Source of the DNA: a virus | Lineage: Duplodnaviria > Caudoviricetes | Direction: 5' to 3' (one strand) | Virus record (IMG/VR): IMGVR_UViG_3300030207_000811 | Coordinates: 1 to 42,449 of that record | DNA: 42,449 bases | Part shown: positions 1 to 8,369 of the stretch, piece after piece | Position numbering within the stretch: position 1 is the stretch's first letter | How the letters are laid out: each line of letters begins with the position of its first letter | Notes under the pieces: model-generated | The model's database searches: none | Told to the model about the DNA's origin: nothing | Seen by the model: the letters and a program-made list of their open reading frames with translations, nothing else | Program-made: the position numbers and the translations under genes

Positions 1-199
1 AAACAACACCTGAACCTTCTGGTTTTACTTGTGCTTGAGCGAAACCTGACAACATAACTTCTTCTTCAAAAGCTCTGTCAGATGTCTCAGTTGCGTATAT
101 TTCAGCATGTTCTTGTTCATACTGTTTATATTCCAGGCCGAATAGGGCATTCAAACCTGGCTCTAGTTCTTTGACTAGTTGATTTCGTGATATAGCCAT
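1..199 (-). CDS. major capsid protein, N-terminal part (runs off the window)
   Basis: Not in the ORF track; manual translation MAISRNQLVKELEPGLNALFGLEYKQYEQEHAEIYATETSDRAFEEEVMLSGF, which I recognise as the capsid N-terminus of this marine phage group. AGGAGG RBS upstream; lies downstream of scaffold and portal. Confidence 0.85.
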   Translation of the reverse strand, partial: MAISRNQLVKELEPGLNALFGLEYKQYEQEHAEIYATETSDRAFEEEVMLSGFAQAQVKPEGSGVV

Positions 200-215
200 A
201 ATTTAATACCTCCTA

Positions 216-794
216 TTATACCCCTGTAGTGTCTAAGAAGAACGACTGATTAATAAGAACTCTCCATACTACATTCGCAGATGTAAGATCATTATTTTCA
301 GGGTCTCTTGAGACTCCTACGATTTTAAGTTGTTGGTCAGCATTATTGTTAAGAGTTGAATCATCTAGAGTTGCTCCTGATATATAATTAGGACTTCCTC
401 CAGCTGAGTATGCAATGTCTGCTGTGTTACCAACATCAGTTTGATCCGACGCTCCAGTGTTATTACTTCTGATCTCATACTGTTGGATCGGACTGTCGTT
501 TACTAATGCAACGATGTCTGATGCAGTGTTTGATCCTTGTAAGTAGTTCTGAAACGTAGGCTTTGATGTTGTAGCATCAGTATAGAAAACTCCGTTAAGT
601 GAGCCGATAATATCTTCAGTACCAGCTGTACCTACTACAACAAATCCAGTTGCTGCCTGACAAACCAAATCTTGGTTGTAGATAGCAGATGAAGAAGCTG
701 CAACAGGGTATTCACCTAAACCCATGTTTTCATAACCGTTGCCATACATCTTAATTGGTTTCAATCCGAAACCAGTTGATGAACTATTAGCCAT
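216..794 (-). CDS. capsid-associated structural protein (decoration/cement-like)
   Basis: 192 aa, Gly/Ser/Thr/Asn-rich, directly upstream of the capsid gene, TAAGGAG RBS. Confidence 0.55.
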   Translation of the reverse strand: MANSSSTGFGLKPIKMYGNGYENMGLGEYPVAASSSAIYNQDLVCQAATGFVVVGTAGTEDIIGSLNGVFYTDATTSKPTFQNYLQGSNTASDIVALVNDSPIQQYEIRSNNTGASDQTDVGNTADIAYSAGGSPNYISGATLDDSTLNNNADQQLKIVGVSRDPENNDLTSANVVWRVLINQSFFLDTTGV

Positions 795-811
795 AGTTGT
801 TTCTCCTTAAT

Positions 812-838
812 GTACCTGCCCTTGCGGGCCTCCAGTAC
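812..838 (-). promoter_or_regulatory. leader hairpin with GCAA (GNRA) tetraloop just before the RBS of the 192-aa gene
   Basis: Minus strand GTAC-TGGAG-GCCC-GCAA-GGGC-AG-GTAC followed by ATTAAGGAG. Confidence 0.5.
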
Positions 839-875
839 GGTTTATTTATTTCGCTGGTTTTGAATTGTTAAAAAA

Positions 876-1367
876 TTAACTTTTCTTGCCACCGAAGGTT
901 ACACGAGAATCCCTATCGATATCGATTGGCATTCCCTTACGCTGTTCCTTCAGTAGATCGTTGTCGATTGCTGTCATTTGATCCTGCGCCTGATTCATAT
1001 AATAATCAGTACGCTGTCTCGCGATCTCTTCCGGTACCCTTGTCAGCACAAGGCCTCCGTGCCCGATAACCCCTGCGTATTTGCCGTCTTGTACTACTGG
1101 AAAGTCCTCGTTCGGATATTCATCTGCTCTAACAAGTTCATAGCCAGATCTTAATCTACCTTGAACATTTTTAGTGTCGACGAATCCTAGGATTTCTACC
1201 CTGACCCATCTGTGTCTGTAGCCGTTCGGCGCGTTGGGCGTATCTAAGTACGATGGTGGAGCCCAAACTTTTGGTTGTACTTTTGGTGCAACCGTTTTTG
1301 CTTGTGATTTTACTTTTGTAGAATCACTTTTAGTTTGACTCGCACGAGTTGGTTGTTTCTTTTCCAT
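876..1367 (-). CDS. conserved head-module protein, function unknown
   Basis: 163 aa with W-x-PP and YRHRWVR motifs, between scaffold and capsid genes. Confidence 0.6.
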   Translation of the reverse strand: MEKKQPTRASQTKSDSTKVKSQAKTVAPKVQPKVWAPPSYLDTPNAPNGYRHRWVRVEILGFVDTKNVQGRLRSGYELVRADEYPNEDFPVVQDGKYAGVIGHGGLVLTRVPEEIARQRTDYYMNQAQDQMTAIDNDLLKEQRKGMPIDIDRDSRVTFGGKKS

Positions 1368-1371
1368 ATGC

Positions 1372-2379
1372 CTATACCTCCTTCGTGTTCATAAGTTGTT
1401 TCGCATATTCTTCTAATGGCACACCTAATTTTTTAGCAATTGCTACTTGAGAAGATGTGAGTCTCACGCTTTTGCGACTAGTCTTTGGACTACGCGTTGC
1501 AGAGGCAACGTTCTGTGTAGGTTTACTAGTCTGTTGTTCCACAGGTTTATCAAATTTGTGCGGAAATTCAAGTCTTATCCTCTTGTCAATTTCAGCATAA
1601 TAGTCATCAGATTTAGGATCCATTCCTTCCTCTTCTGTCAGTTTCCTATGTAAATCAAATGCAGTATAAGTCATGGCTGAATCTGTTCCAAACCATGGAT
1701 TTTTTTCTGCCCATGCTTCCGCTTTTGGATCTGGCGCAGATGGTTGTTTTGGTTTGTTATCAACTTCAGGCTGTTCTTTAGCTGCTTTTTCTTGTAACTC
1801 ATGTTGAGTTTTTAATTCAGCTAATTTACCTTGTTCATAACCTAATTGAGAGATAGCAGTTAAAGCTTCTGTTTCAGCTTTTGGATCGTCTGCTTGTCTT
1901 GCAGCTGTAAGTTTAGCTTGAGCTGCAGCTAATTGTCCAGATATTCTATTCTCCATTTCTGTAGCATAGTTTTTATCTAGTGAGCTAGCTTGAGTTTTAA
2001 ACTCGTCTCTCTCTTTTTTTAATGAGCTTGCATAACGTAAAGCTTCTTCTCTTTGTCTTTCAGCTTCACGCATTTTTTTAGTGAGCTTAGCTATTCTTTT
2101 TTTGACTCCTTCAGAATATTCTTCAATTGCTTGATCTTTATCTTGTTGTTGATCACCTTCAGGTTTGTCAGCTTTCTGTGTAACCTCACCGCCTTCGTTC
2201 TTTTTATCTCGAACATCCAACTGCTCATCAGGTTTCTCAGATGTGTCAGTGGACTCAGTATTGTTTTCATTACTTTCATATGTTTTGTCCTCTTCTTTTA
2301 TTTTTTCTTCTGGCAGTTTAATCTCAACTTCAGGACCGGAAGTATCAATATCAACTGTTTTCTTTTCTTCGTCTGGCAT
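1372..2379 (-). CDS. capsid scaffolding protein (putative)
   Basis: 335 aa, acidic N-terminus, long coiled coil, C-terminal LTSSQVAIAKKLGVPLEEYAK helix; head-module position. Confidence 0.65.
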   Translation of the reverse strand: MPDEEKKTVDIDTSGPEVEIKLPEEKIKEEDKTYESNENNTESTDTSEKPDEQLDVRDKKNEGGEVTQKADKPEGDQQQDKDQAIEEYSEGVKKRIAKLTKKMREAERQREEALRYASSLKKERDEFKTQASSLDKNYATEMENRISGQLAAAQAKLTAARQADDPKAETEALTAISQLGYEQGKLAELKTQHELQEKAAKEQPEVDNKPKQPSAPDPKAEAWAEKNPWFGTDSAMTYTAFDLHRKLTEEEGMDPKSDDYYAEIDKRIRLEFPHKFDKPVEQQTSKPTQNVASATRSPKTSRKSVRLTSSQVAIAKKLGVPLEEYAKQLMNTKEV

Positions 2380-2397
2380 AGTTTTTCTCCTCTATGA

Positions 2398-2811
2398 TTA
2401 AAATTCGTGGAATATATCTTCGGGGTTTTCCACGGTCGCTAAAACTTCATCATCATTGAGAAGTCTTATCTCACCCCCATCTATTTTAATTCGTGATCCT
2501 GCATATCTTGCAAAGATAATCCAATCACCTTTTTTACACCAAGGTCCCTCTGGATATCTTTCTTTGTCATAACAATGTGGACCCATTTTTAAAACTAAAC
2601 CGCAAGTCGATGCTACTTGTGATCGTTCTACTGTTTCATCTGCTAATAATATACCGCCTTTAGTTTTTTCTTTTTGTTTAAAAGGTAAAACTAAAATTCT
2701 CCAACCTGTTGGTTCCGGCAATTTTGATGATTCATCTATTTCTTTTTTAACGCCTACTAATTCTTTATTTGGTAGAATTACCTTTGAGGCTGACGACTGT
2801 TGTTCCTTCAT
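2398..2811 (-). CDS. groES: co-chaperonin GroES (Cpn10)
   Basis: PTGWRILV, TKGGILL, KKGDWIIFARYAG, LLNDDEVLA match the Cpn10 pattern. Confidence 0.9.
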   Translation of the reverse strand: MKEQQSSASKVILPNKELVGVKKEIDESSKLPEPTGWRILVLPFKQKEKTKGGILLADETVERSQVASTCGLVLKMGPHCYDKERYPEGPWCKKGDWIIFARYAGSRIKIDGGEIRLLNDDEVLATVENPEDIFHEF

Positions 2812-3004
2812 TTTCTTTTTGCTCCTTTTTATTTAGCAGGGTGGATATTTCCTGATTTAAATATTGGTACGTTCGTACCTGTCCTAACATATACTGGTAT
2901 TTTTCCATATTGTCAACGGCACCAGAGACCATCGCTGCTACGACATCGTCGTGTCTCATCTTAATTATCTTTTGAATCTTAGCTACAAAACTTAGATCAT
3001 CCAT
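2765..3004 (-). CDS. hypothetical protein
   Basis: 79 aa, overlaps both neighbours in the operon. Confidence 0.7.
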   Translation of the reverse strand: MDDLSFVAKIQKIIKMRHDDVVAAMVSGAVDNMEKYQYMLGQVRTYQYLNQEISTLLNKKEQKENEGTTVVSLKGNSTK

Positions 3005-3209
3005 CTATAAACTCCTTTAGTATTATTAGTTTTTCTTCAGCAGTGGCTATTTTTTCAATTAACTTATCACACTCTTCAATATGTTGAGGGTGTTCTCCAA
3101 TACCAACTGAATTATTAAAATATATTTTTAATGTAGCATCCGCTTCAGAAATCTGTGCGTTATACTTATCTTCTAGTGCTTTTACTATTACTGATTTTAA
3201 CATTTCCAT
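2997..3209 (-). CDS. hypothetical protein (VGIGEH motif)
   Basis: 70 aa helical protein with NSVGIGEHP, a motif I recall from marine phages. Confidence 0.7.
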   Translation of the reverse strand: MEMLKSVIVKALEDKYNAQISEADATLKIYFNNSVGIGEHPQHIEECDKLIEKIATAEEKLIILKEFIDG

Positions 3210-3478
3210 CTTCTTCTAGCCTGACGTAGTCTAGAATTAGGATCTCTTGCTGCCTTTGGAAATTTCTTCATTTGACCTGCACTTCTTGCGCAGTATGATT
3301 TTCGCCTTTTAGCGGCAGCGGACCCCTTCTTAACTTTACCGGTCACAGCTGTTTTTAGTTTTGAGCCAGGATTCATTCTTCTATAGGCTTTGACCCCAGC
3401 TTGTGTCATGCCTGCGCCCGACTTAGTCGAACGAAAGTTCTTTTTATTTCTTTTGGGCATGTTGTCTTGTTTTCTCAA
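3197..3478 (-). CDS. small basic protein (DUF6321-like)
   Basis: Lys/Arg-rich, KRRKSYCARS...ARRRWKC. Confidence 0.7.
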   Translation of the reverse strand: MRKQDNMPKRNKKNFRSTKSGAGMTQAGVKAYRRMNPGSKLKTAVTGKVKKGSAAAKRRKSYCARSAGQMKKFPKAARDPNSRLRQARRRWKC

Positions 3479-3750
3479 ACTAAACCTCCCATGCTCATCT
3501 TTTTTCTTTTTGCAAATGTTGCAACGTTAGTTGGTTTACCGCCTGGATTACCGGCTGCTCTTTTTCGTCTGACAGCACTCGCCTTTTGCGACTTTGTCAT
3601 CCGTGTGGCTTTCGCAAGTGGGACACACTTGGGGTACTTTCTTTTTGAACCTGTTGATGATTTTCTTCCACAAGGTTGATATTTGCCATCCTTCTTTGGT
3701 GCTCCAATATCTACCCATTTTTGATTTACCCATTTTTTTAGATCACCCAT
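3475..3750 (-). CDS. small basic protein (DUF5872-like)
   Basis: LKKW...KWVD...CGR...YPKCVP; ends KKMSMGGLV. Confidence 0.7.
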   Translation of the reverse strand: MGDLKKWVNQKWVDIGAPKKDGKYQPCGRKSSTGSKRKYPKCVPLAKATRMTKSQKASAVRRKRAAGNPGGKPTNVATFAKRKKMSMGGLV

Positions 3751-3944
3751 TAGACTACTCGAGTTATTTTTTCTCTACCTTTCATAATCTTACCACATCC
3801 TCTTGCAACGAATCCACCATTTCTTGCATTGGCTCTTACTTTACCTTTGCAAACTTTTGATGCATACATGTTTGCGTACGCCGAAGGGTACACTTTGAAT
3901 TTACGCTTCGCTGCGGCTTTACCTTTAGGACATAGTTTAGCCAT
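3750..3944 (-). CDS. small basic protein (YPSAYAN motif)
   Basis: 64 aa; TAATG stop/start coupling on both sides. Confidence 0.7.
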   Translation of the reverse strand: MAKLCPKGKAAAKRKFKVYPSAYANMYASKVCKGKVRANARNGGFVARGCGKIMKGREKITRVV

Positions 3945-4081
3945 TATCTTTTTCTCGCTCTTCCACCTTTTTTAGCAACCATTCTTTTTGGATTGTATCC
4001 AAATTTTTTTGCTAACTCAGGTTTCTTTTTTGCTAGCTTAGCTAAGCCAGGATTTTTACTTTTACTTATTGGTTTTCCCAT
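3944..4081 (-). CDS. 45-aa basic micro-protein
   Basis: Manual translation MGKPISKSKNPGLAKLAKKKPELAKKFGYNPKRMVAKKGGRARKR; TAATG overlaps at both ends. Confidence 0.7.
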   Translation of the reverse strand: MGKPISKSKNPGLAKLAKKKPELAKKFGYNPKRMVAKKGGRARKR

Positions 4082-4227
4082 TACTTCTTCCTTTTTATTC
4101 CAGCTTCAGAAAGAGCAATAGCAATTGCTTGCTTTCTGTTTTTGACTTTTTTCTTAGAACCGCCACTCGTAAGTTTACCTTTTTTAAACTCACGCATTAC
4201 TTTTCTAACTTTTTTCTGACCCTTCAC
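4081..4227 (-). CDS. 48-aa basic micro-protein (DUF6496-like)
   Basis: GTG start in a TAGTG overlap; MKGQKKVRKVMREFKKGKLTSGGSKKKVKNRKQAIAIALSEAGIKRKK. Confidence 0.7.
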   Translation of the reverse strand: MKGQKKVRKVMREFKKGKLTSGGSKKKVKNRKQAIAIALSEAGIKRKK

Positions 4228-4538
4228 TATCTATTTATCTTTCCAGATTTTTTAGCTTTGGATCCAAACTTACCATAAGACTCATCTCTAGAAGCTTTTA
4301 ATTGCTTCTTAGTTCTTTTCTTTTTGATTCTCATAGCAATAGACTCATCTTTTCTAGCTTTGTAGCCTTGTTTTTTCTTACCAACACGACCACCTTTTTT
4401 CATCATAGGTCCACCTCTCATACCCATGTCGTCTTCGTAGTATCCAGATCTCATATCTCTTCTGGCTGTTGACATACCACCACCTCTTAAAGCTTTTCTA
4501 GATTGTGTAGTTTGTGTATTGTATCTTGGATTTGCCAT
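4227..4538 (-). CDS. basic low-complexity protein
   Basis: Start moved to MANPRY (GGAGG RBS); contains MKKGGRV and a repeated (K/R)DES motif. Confidence 0.7.
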   Translation of the reverse strand: MANPRYNTQTTQSRKALRGGGMSTARRDMRSGYYEDDMGMRGGPMMKKGGRVGKKKQGYKARKDESIAMRIKKKRTKKQLKASRDESYGKFGSKAKKSGKINR

Positions 4539-4539
4539 A

Positions 4540-5160
4540 TTACTTTCCTCCTTTGAATGCTTTTCCGAAGCCACGTTTTGCAGCTCCTCTTCTTTTAGTT
4601 ACTCTTCCGCCATCTTTCATGTCGTATGCACCTAAACCAAAATCTTTAGAATCTTCGCTAGGCTTAAAAAAATTTCTAATCGCTTCTCTATTTTTACCTT
4701 GTTGAGTTGTTATATTTGTTCTTCCCGGAGCTCTTAATTGAGGTGGTAACATTCCTTTTGCCATTTGTTTATTTGCAAGATCTACAGCACGTTGTGTTGG
4801 AGTCTTGTCAGTTTTTCTAACACCTAAAGTTAAACCTGCAGATTCAAATGGTTTTAGTGTTTTTGTTTTACCTTCTTTATCTACAACTTGACCAAACCTA
4901 AGTGGTTGTTTAGCAGCTTTAACACCAGCGTCGCCTCTCATTATAGCGTCTTTATAAACTTTTTCTTTAAACTCATCTTCCATTATTTTATTAGCACTTG
5001 CTCTTGCTTTTGCACTAGCGCTGTCTCCACCTCTTCCACTATCAACACTAATGTTTGACATTTCAGATCCTTTACCTCTGTTAGCTAATGCTAAACCAGT
5101 TCCAAGTAATGCTAACGCACCTAAAATTTTTCTATTTCGTCTTCTACTTTTTTTACTCAT
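4540..5160 (-). CDS. basic protein with an N-terminal hydrophobic segment
   Basis: MSKKSRRRNRKILGALALLGTGLALA; C-terminal MKDGGRV...RGAAKRG. Confidence 0.7.
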   Translation of the reverse strand: MSKKSRRRNRKILGALALLGTGLALANRGKGSEMSNISVDSGRGGDSASAKARASANKIMEDEFKEKVYKDAIMRGDAGVKAAKQPLRFGQVVDKEGKTKTLKPFESAGLTLGVRKTDKTPTQRAVDLANKQMAKGMLPPQLRAPGRTNITTQQGKNREAIRNFFKPSEDSKDFGLGAYDMKDGGRVTKRRGAAKRGFGKAFKGGK

Positions 5161-5546
5161 TATTTTTTTCCTCCATTACGGAATATTTGTGTACCCTTTA
5201 TACCATATATGCTCGCCACTACAAGGATCCATAAATTTGTGAACCATGACGGGAGCTGCGAGAACATCTCGAAAAACAATTTTACCTTGTCCATCGCTGT
5301 TGGGTCGTCTGATATGACTGCATATGCGAGCACCAACACGGGCAAACTAAGAATTATCAAAACTGCCTCGTCCTTCCAGTCTGATTGCCGAGCTTCTAAT
5401 AATTTTCCCTGATACTGTTCTTCACCCTGGGCCATTTTAGTGGCATGCATAAGCTGTGCCTCTGACATGGCCATTTTCGTTCTCTGCTTATTAGCATAAA
5501 TCTTACTTCCAGCAGAAACGGCTAATTTAATTGCCGATAACCACAT
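5160..5546 (-). CDS. holin-like membrane protein (3-TM type)
   Basis: SDWKDE followed by two hydrophobic helices and a basic C-terminus. Confidence 0.6.
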   Translation of the reverse strand: MWLSAIKLAVSAGSKIYANKQRTKMAMSEAQLMHATKMAQGEEQYQGKLLEARQSDWKDEAVLIILSLPVLVLAYAVISDDPTAMDKVKLFFEMFSQLPSWFTNLWILVVASIYGIKGTQIFRNGGKK

Positions 5547-5549
5547 GAT

Positions 5550-5732
5550 TTAGTACCAAGTAGCCTTTACAGGTTTTTTATCAGGTCTAATTCTTCTAGT
5601 ACCTTTAACATCCACAGTTTGTGACTCAGTTGGGTTAGTAGCTTCGATAACTATGCCGCCTTTTTGCATACCATCTTTGTCTGCACCCAATTCTGGAGTA
5701 ACTTTTGGATCTTTTCTATTTTTATTTGTCAT
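5550..5732 (-). CDS. hypothetical protein
   Basis: 60 aa, AAGGAG RBS, follows the portal gene. Confidence 0.65.
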   Translation of the reverse strand: MTNKNRKDPKVTPELGADKDGMQKGGIVIEATNPTESQTVDVKGTRRIRPDKKPVKATWY

Positions 5733-5746
5733 AGTTTCTCCTTATA

Positions 5747-8260
5747 TTATCTTTTTGGACCTTTCAAGATCTCAACGTCCGCCATTTTCATTAAATCATT
5801 CTCCATTTTAGCTGCTTGAGACATTGCTTGCTTTGTTAACGAAGTATTTGCTCGTAATTGTGCTAATTCTTCGTTCTGTTCAAGTTTTTCGTCGAACTGT
5901 TGTTGTCCCATTAGCTGTTTTGAACGATCTAAATCAATTTTTTCTTGGTCTTGATCACGTTTTGAGGCATCATTCATAGCTCTAAGGTCTAATTCTCTTG
6001 CTTTTAGTTGTGCAACAGGATCATTTCCGAAAGCACCCATAATTTGATTCTCTTCTTCTTTAAATTCTTGTGTCATTTCTGCAATTAATTTTGCTTTTCT
6101 AGCTTCTAACGCTAAAGTTAACTGCAAAGTTTGTGATTGAACCTGTGGATCTTGTTGCAACATTGGATTTTGTTGAATTGCCATTTGCAATTGTTGCAAT
6201 TGTTGTATCTCTTCTCTAAATTCTACCTCTAATTGCTCTTGTGCCATCAAAGAAATGTGTTCAAAAATATTTTTTTCTAATGCTGCTTTAACTGGTGGTG
6301 CGTTTCTTGCAGTATTAGTAGCCATAAAATTTAAATGCGTAGTTATATGTGCTCTATGATCCTGTCCTTTGAAAGCTTGAAAAGGTTTTCCTGACATAGA
6401 TAAAATATTTTCTGTAGCTGGGTCCATTGGCATAGGTGGTTGAGGTGGTGGTAAAATTTTTGCAATATCTTTTACACCAATCGCTTTATACATATCTCTA
6501 AATGCTTCGTACATATTATGCATTTGTGGATTAGACATAGCTAATTGTAATTCTGTTTGTGCTAAACTTATTCTTTGTGATTGTGAAAATATATTTGGAT
6601 CTGCAACTGGTATAATATCAATCTTGTCATCGAAGTCTGTCATCTTAACATTTTTTTCTCCACCAACTACATCGTAAGGATATTCACCTGGAAGATAACT
6701 TTTAAACACTGAAGCTAAAAGTGCAAACTCTTGCTTCATCGCCACATACAATCTTTTATGTATGGCTGACATGACTCTGGAACCACGTTCTAAGAGAGCT
6801 ATGGTCGTTCCAACAGCTGCTTGTTGGTTGCCGTCACCGACCTGCATGTCAGCTATGGCGGCAAATCTCTGTGCACCCTGAACCACAATTCCCATAAGCT
6901 GTAATAATGTTTGTGATGGTTCTTTAAAAGGTAAAGGCATAAATGCATCTCTGATGTTTCCACCAGGTGTATCTACGTCTCTAAACTCTCCGGGTTGAAT
7001 TGAATTTGCTTCGTCTCTTACACGAATTCCTCGTTGTTTAAATCCTGCAGGCATATTTGAAAATGTTCCTGCATCTATTAATTGTCTTAATGCGTTCGTT
7101 GCAGTTCTAGATAAACCACCAATCATGTGGATTAAACCAAAACCATAAAAACCCATTCCAGGTAAAAATTTAAAGTGAACGAAATATTCTATTTTATTTT
7201 TTTGTGGATCGTCTGGTTGATAGTTTCTTCTAATAGCTAAAACCTCTTTGCTACCAGCATCGATCGTTACTATGTACGGAAGTTTTATTCCCGTTGGATT
7301 TTGTTCTGCATCTTTATCTTCAAAACCTTCAAGATCAAGTGCAGTGTGTATTTCTAAAATTGTAAATACATCTTCGTCTCTTGTTCTCTTAACACCTTCT
7401 AATTCTCTTTCTTTTTTCTCTACTTCTGTTTCTTGTGAGTAACCTGGATTTATTTCTACGTCTCTATAAAAACCAGATACTTGTTTTTTTCTTAGATCAT
7501 TTTCCGACATTTTTAAAACGTGCACAACTGCAGTTGCATCTTCAATAGATGTAGCCGTGTACGGTACAACCAAATCATCTGATTGTACAAATTTGGAAAC
7601 GGCTCTGCCAAGAAGTTCATCGTAATAAACTTTCTTAAAAGCAGAGCCACTAAGAGGGAGATAAAAAAGCATCTGATCGAACTCGGGTTCATACTCTTTC
7701 ATCACATTCATGAGCTGATAGTTCATGAAATCTTTTACTCTAACCGACTGATCGTCTTTTTGTGGTGTAGGTTTCCCCATGGTCTGTGTGTGAACAGGAC
7801 CATTCGCCGGTAGTAATTCTTTGTAAGCTTGTGCTTGAAACTGTGTTACCGCTTCTGCTAAAACAGGGTGAGTTGCACCACTGGCATTTTGAAACGGTTG
7901 TGTTCTGTTTTCGTATTTAAATCCTAAAAGATCTAAACCTTTTGTATAACTGTCTTCCCAATCTTTTCTTGAAGATTTATACATCATGTAATCTTCATAA
8001 AGTTCAGAAGATAATCTACCTAAAACATCTTCAGGTAATAAATCTGCTAGATTGTCAAAGTGTTCGTTTGTTCCTGGTTGGTTAATAGCTTCAGGATCAA
8101 ATGTAATTGTAGCGCTTCCATCTTCTTCAGTCGTAACTTGAACATCATCTGGTCCAACTTGTTCTTCTACGTTTTCCTGAGATGCTTCTACAATCTCTTC
8201 TTCGCTAGGTAATTTTATTTCTTGCTCTACGTTCGGTAGAGACTTGTCTATTTCTGACAT
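5747..8260 (-). CDS. portal protein
   Basis: 837 aa; HPVLAEAV, GSAFKKVYYD, GFYGFG motifs and a Gln-rich coiled-coil C-terminus typical of P22-like portals; head-module position. Confidence 0.85.
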   Translation of the reverse strand: MSEIDKSLPNVEQEIKLPSEEEIVEASQENVEEQVGPDDVQVTTEEDGSATITFDPEAINQPGTNEHFDNLADLLPEDVLGRLSSELYEDYMMYKSSRKDWEDSYTKGLDLLGFKYENRTQPFQNASGATHPVLAEAVTQFQAQAYKELLPANGPVHTQTMGKPTPQKDDQSVRVKDFMNYQLMNVMKEYEPEFDQMLFYLPLSGSAFKKVYYDELLGRAVSKFVQSDDLVVPYTATSIEDATAVVHVLKMSENDLRKKQVSGFYRDVEINPGYSQETEVEKKERELEGVKRTRDEDVFTILEIHTALDLEGFEDKDAEQNPTGIKLPYIVTIDAGSKEVLAIRRNYQPDDPQKNKIEYFVHFKFLPGMGFYGFGLIHMIGGLSRTATNALRQLIDAGTFSNMPAGFKQRGIRVRDEANSIQPGEFRDVDTPGGNIRDAFMPLPFKEPSQTLLQLMGIVVQGAQRFAAIADMQVGDGNQQAAVGTTIALLERGSRVMSAIHKRLYVAMKQEFALLASVFKSYLPGEYPYDVVGGEKNVKMTDFDDKIDIIPVADPNIFSQSQRISLAQTELQLAMSNPQMHNMYEAFRDMYKAIGVKDIAKILPPPQPPMPMDPATENILSMSGKPFQAFKGQDHRAHITTHLNFMATNTARNAPPVKAALEKNIFEHISLMAQEQLEVEFREEIQQLQQLQMAIQQNPMLQQDPQVQSQTLQLTLALEARKAKLIAEMTQEFKEEENQIMGAFGNDPVAQLKARELDLRAMNDASKRDQDQEKIDLDRSKQLMGQQQFDEKLEQNEELAQLRANTSLTKQAMSQAAKMENDLMKMADVEILKGPKR

Positions 8261-8369
8261 TATTTTTCTCCGAGTTCTGGACCACTATAGGCTGTTTTAA
8301 AGGAACATTCAACCCCTGTGGATTAGGTCCACGTAATGGTGGTATAGTTCTAGTTAGTCGTTTAATCAT
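8205..8369 (-). CDS. 54-aa small protein (PPLRGPNPQGL motif) overlapping the portal start
   Basis: Manual translation MIKRLTRTIPPLRGPNPQGLNVPLKQPIVVQNSEKNNVRNRQVSTERRARNKIT; fills the gap between two long genes. Confidence 0.5.
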   Translation of the reverse strand: MIKRLTRTIPPLRGPNPQGLNVPLKQPIVVQNSEKNNVRNRQVSTERRARNKIT

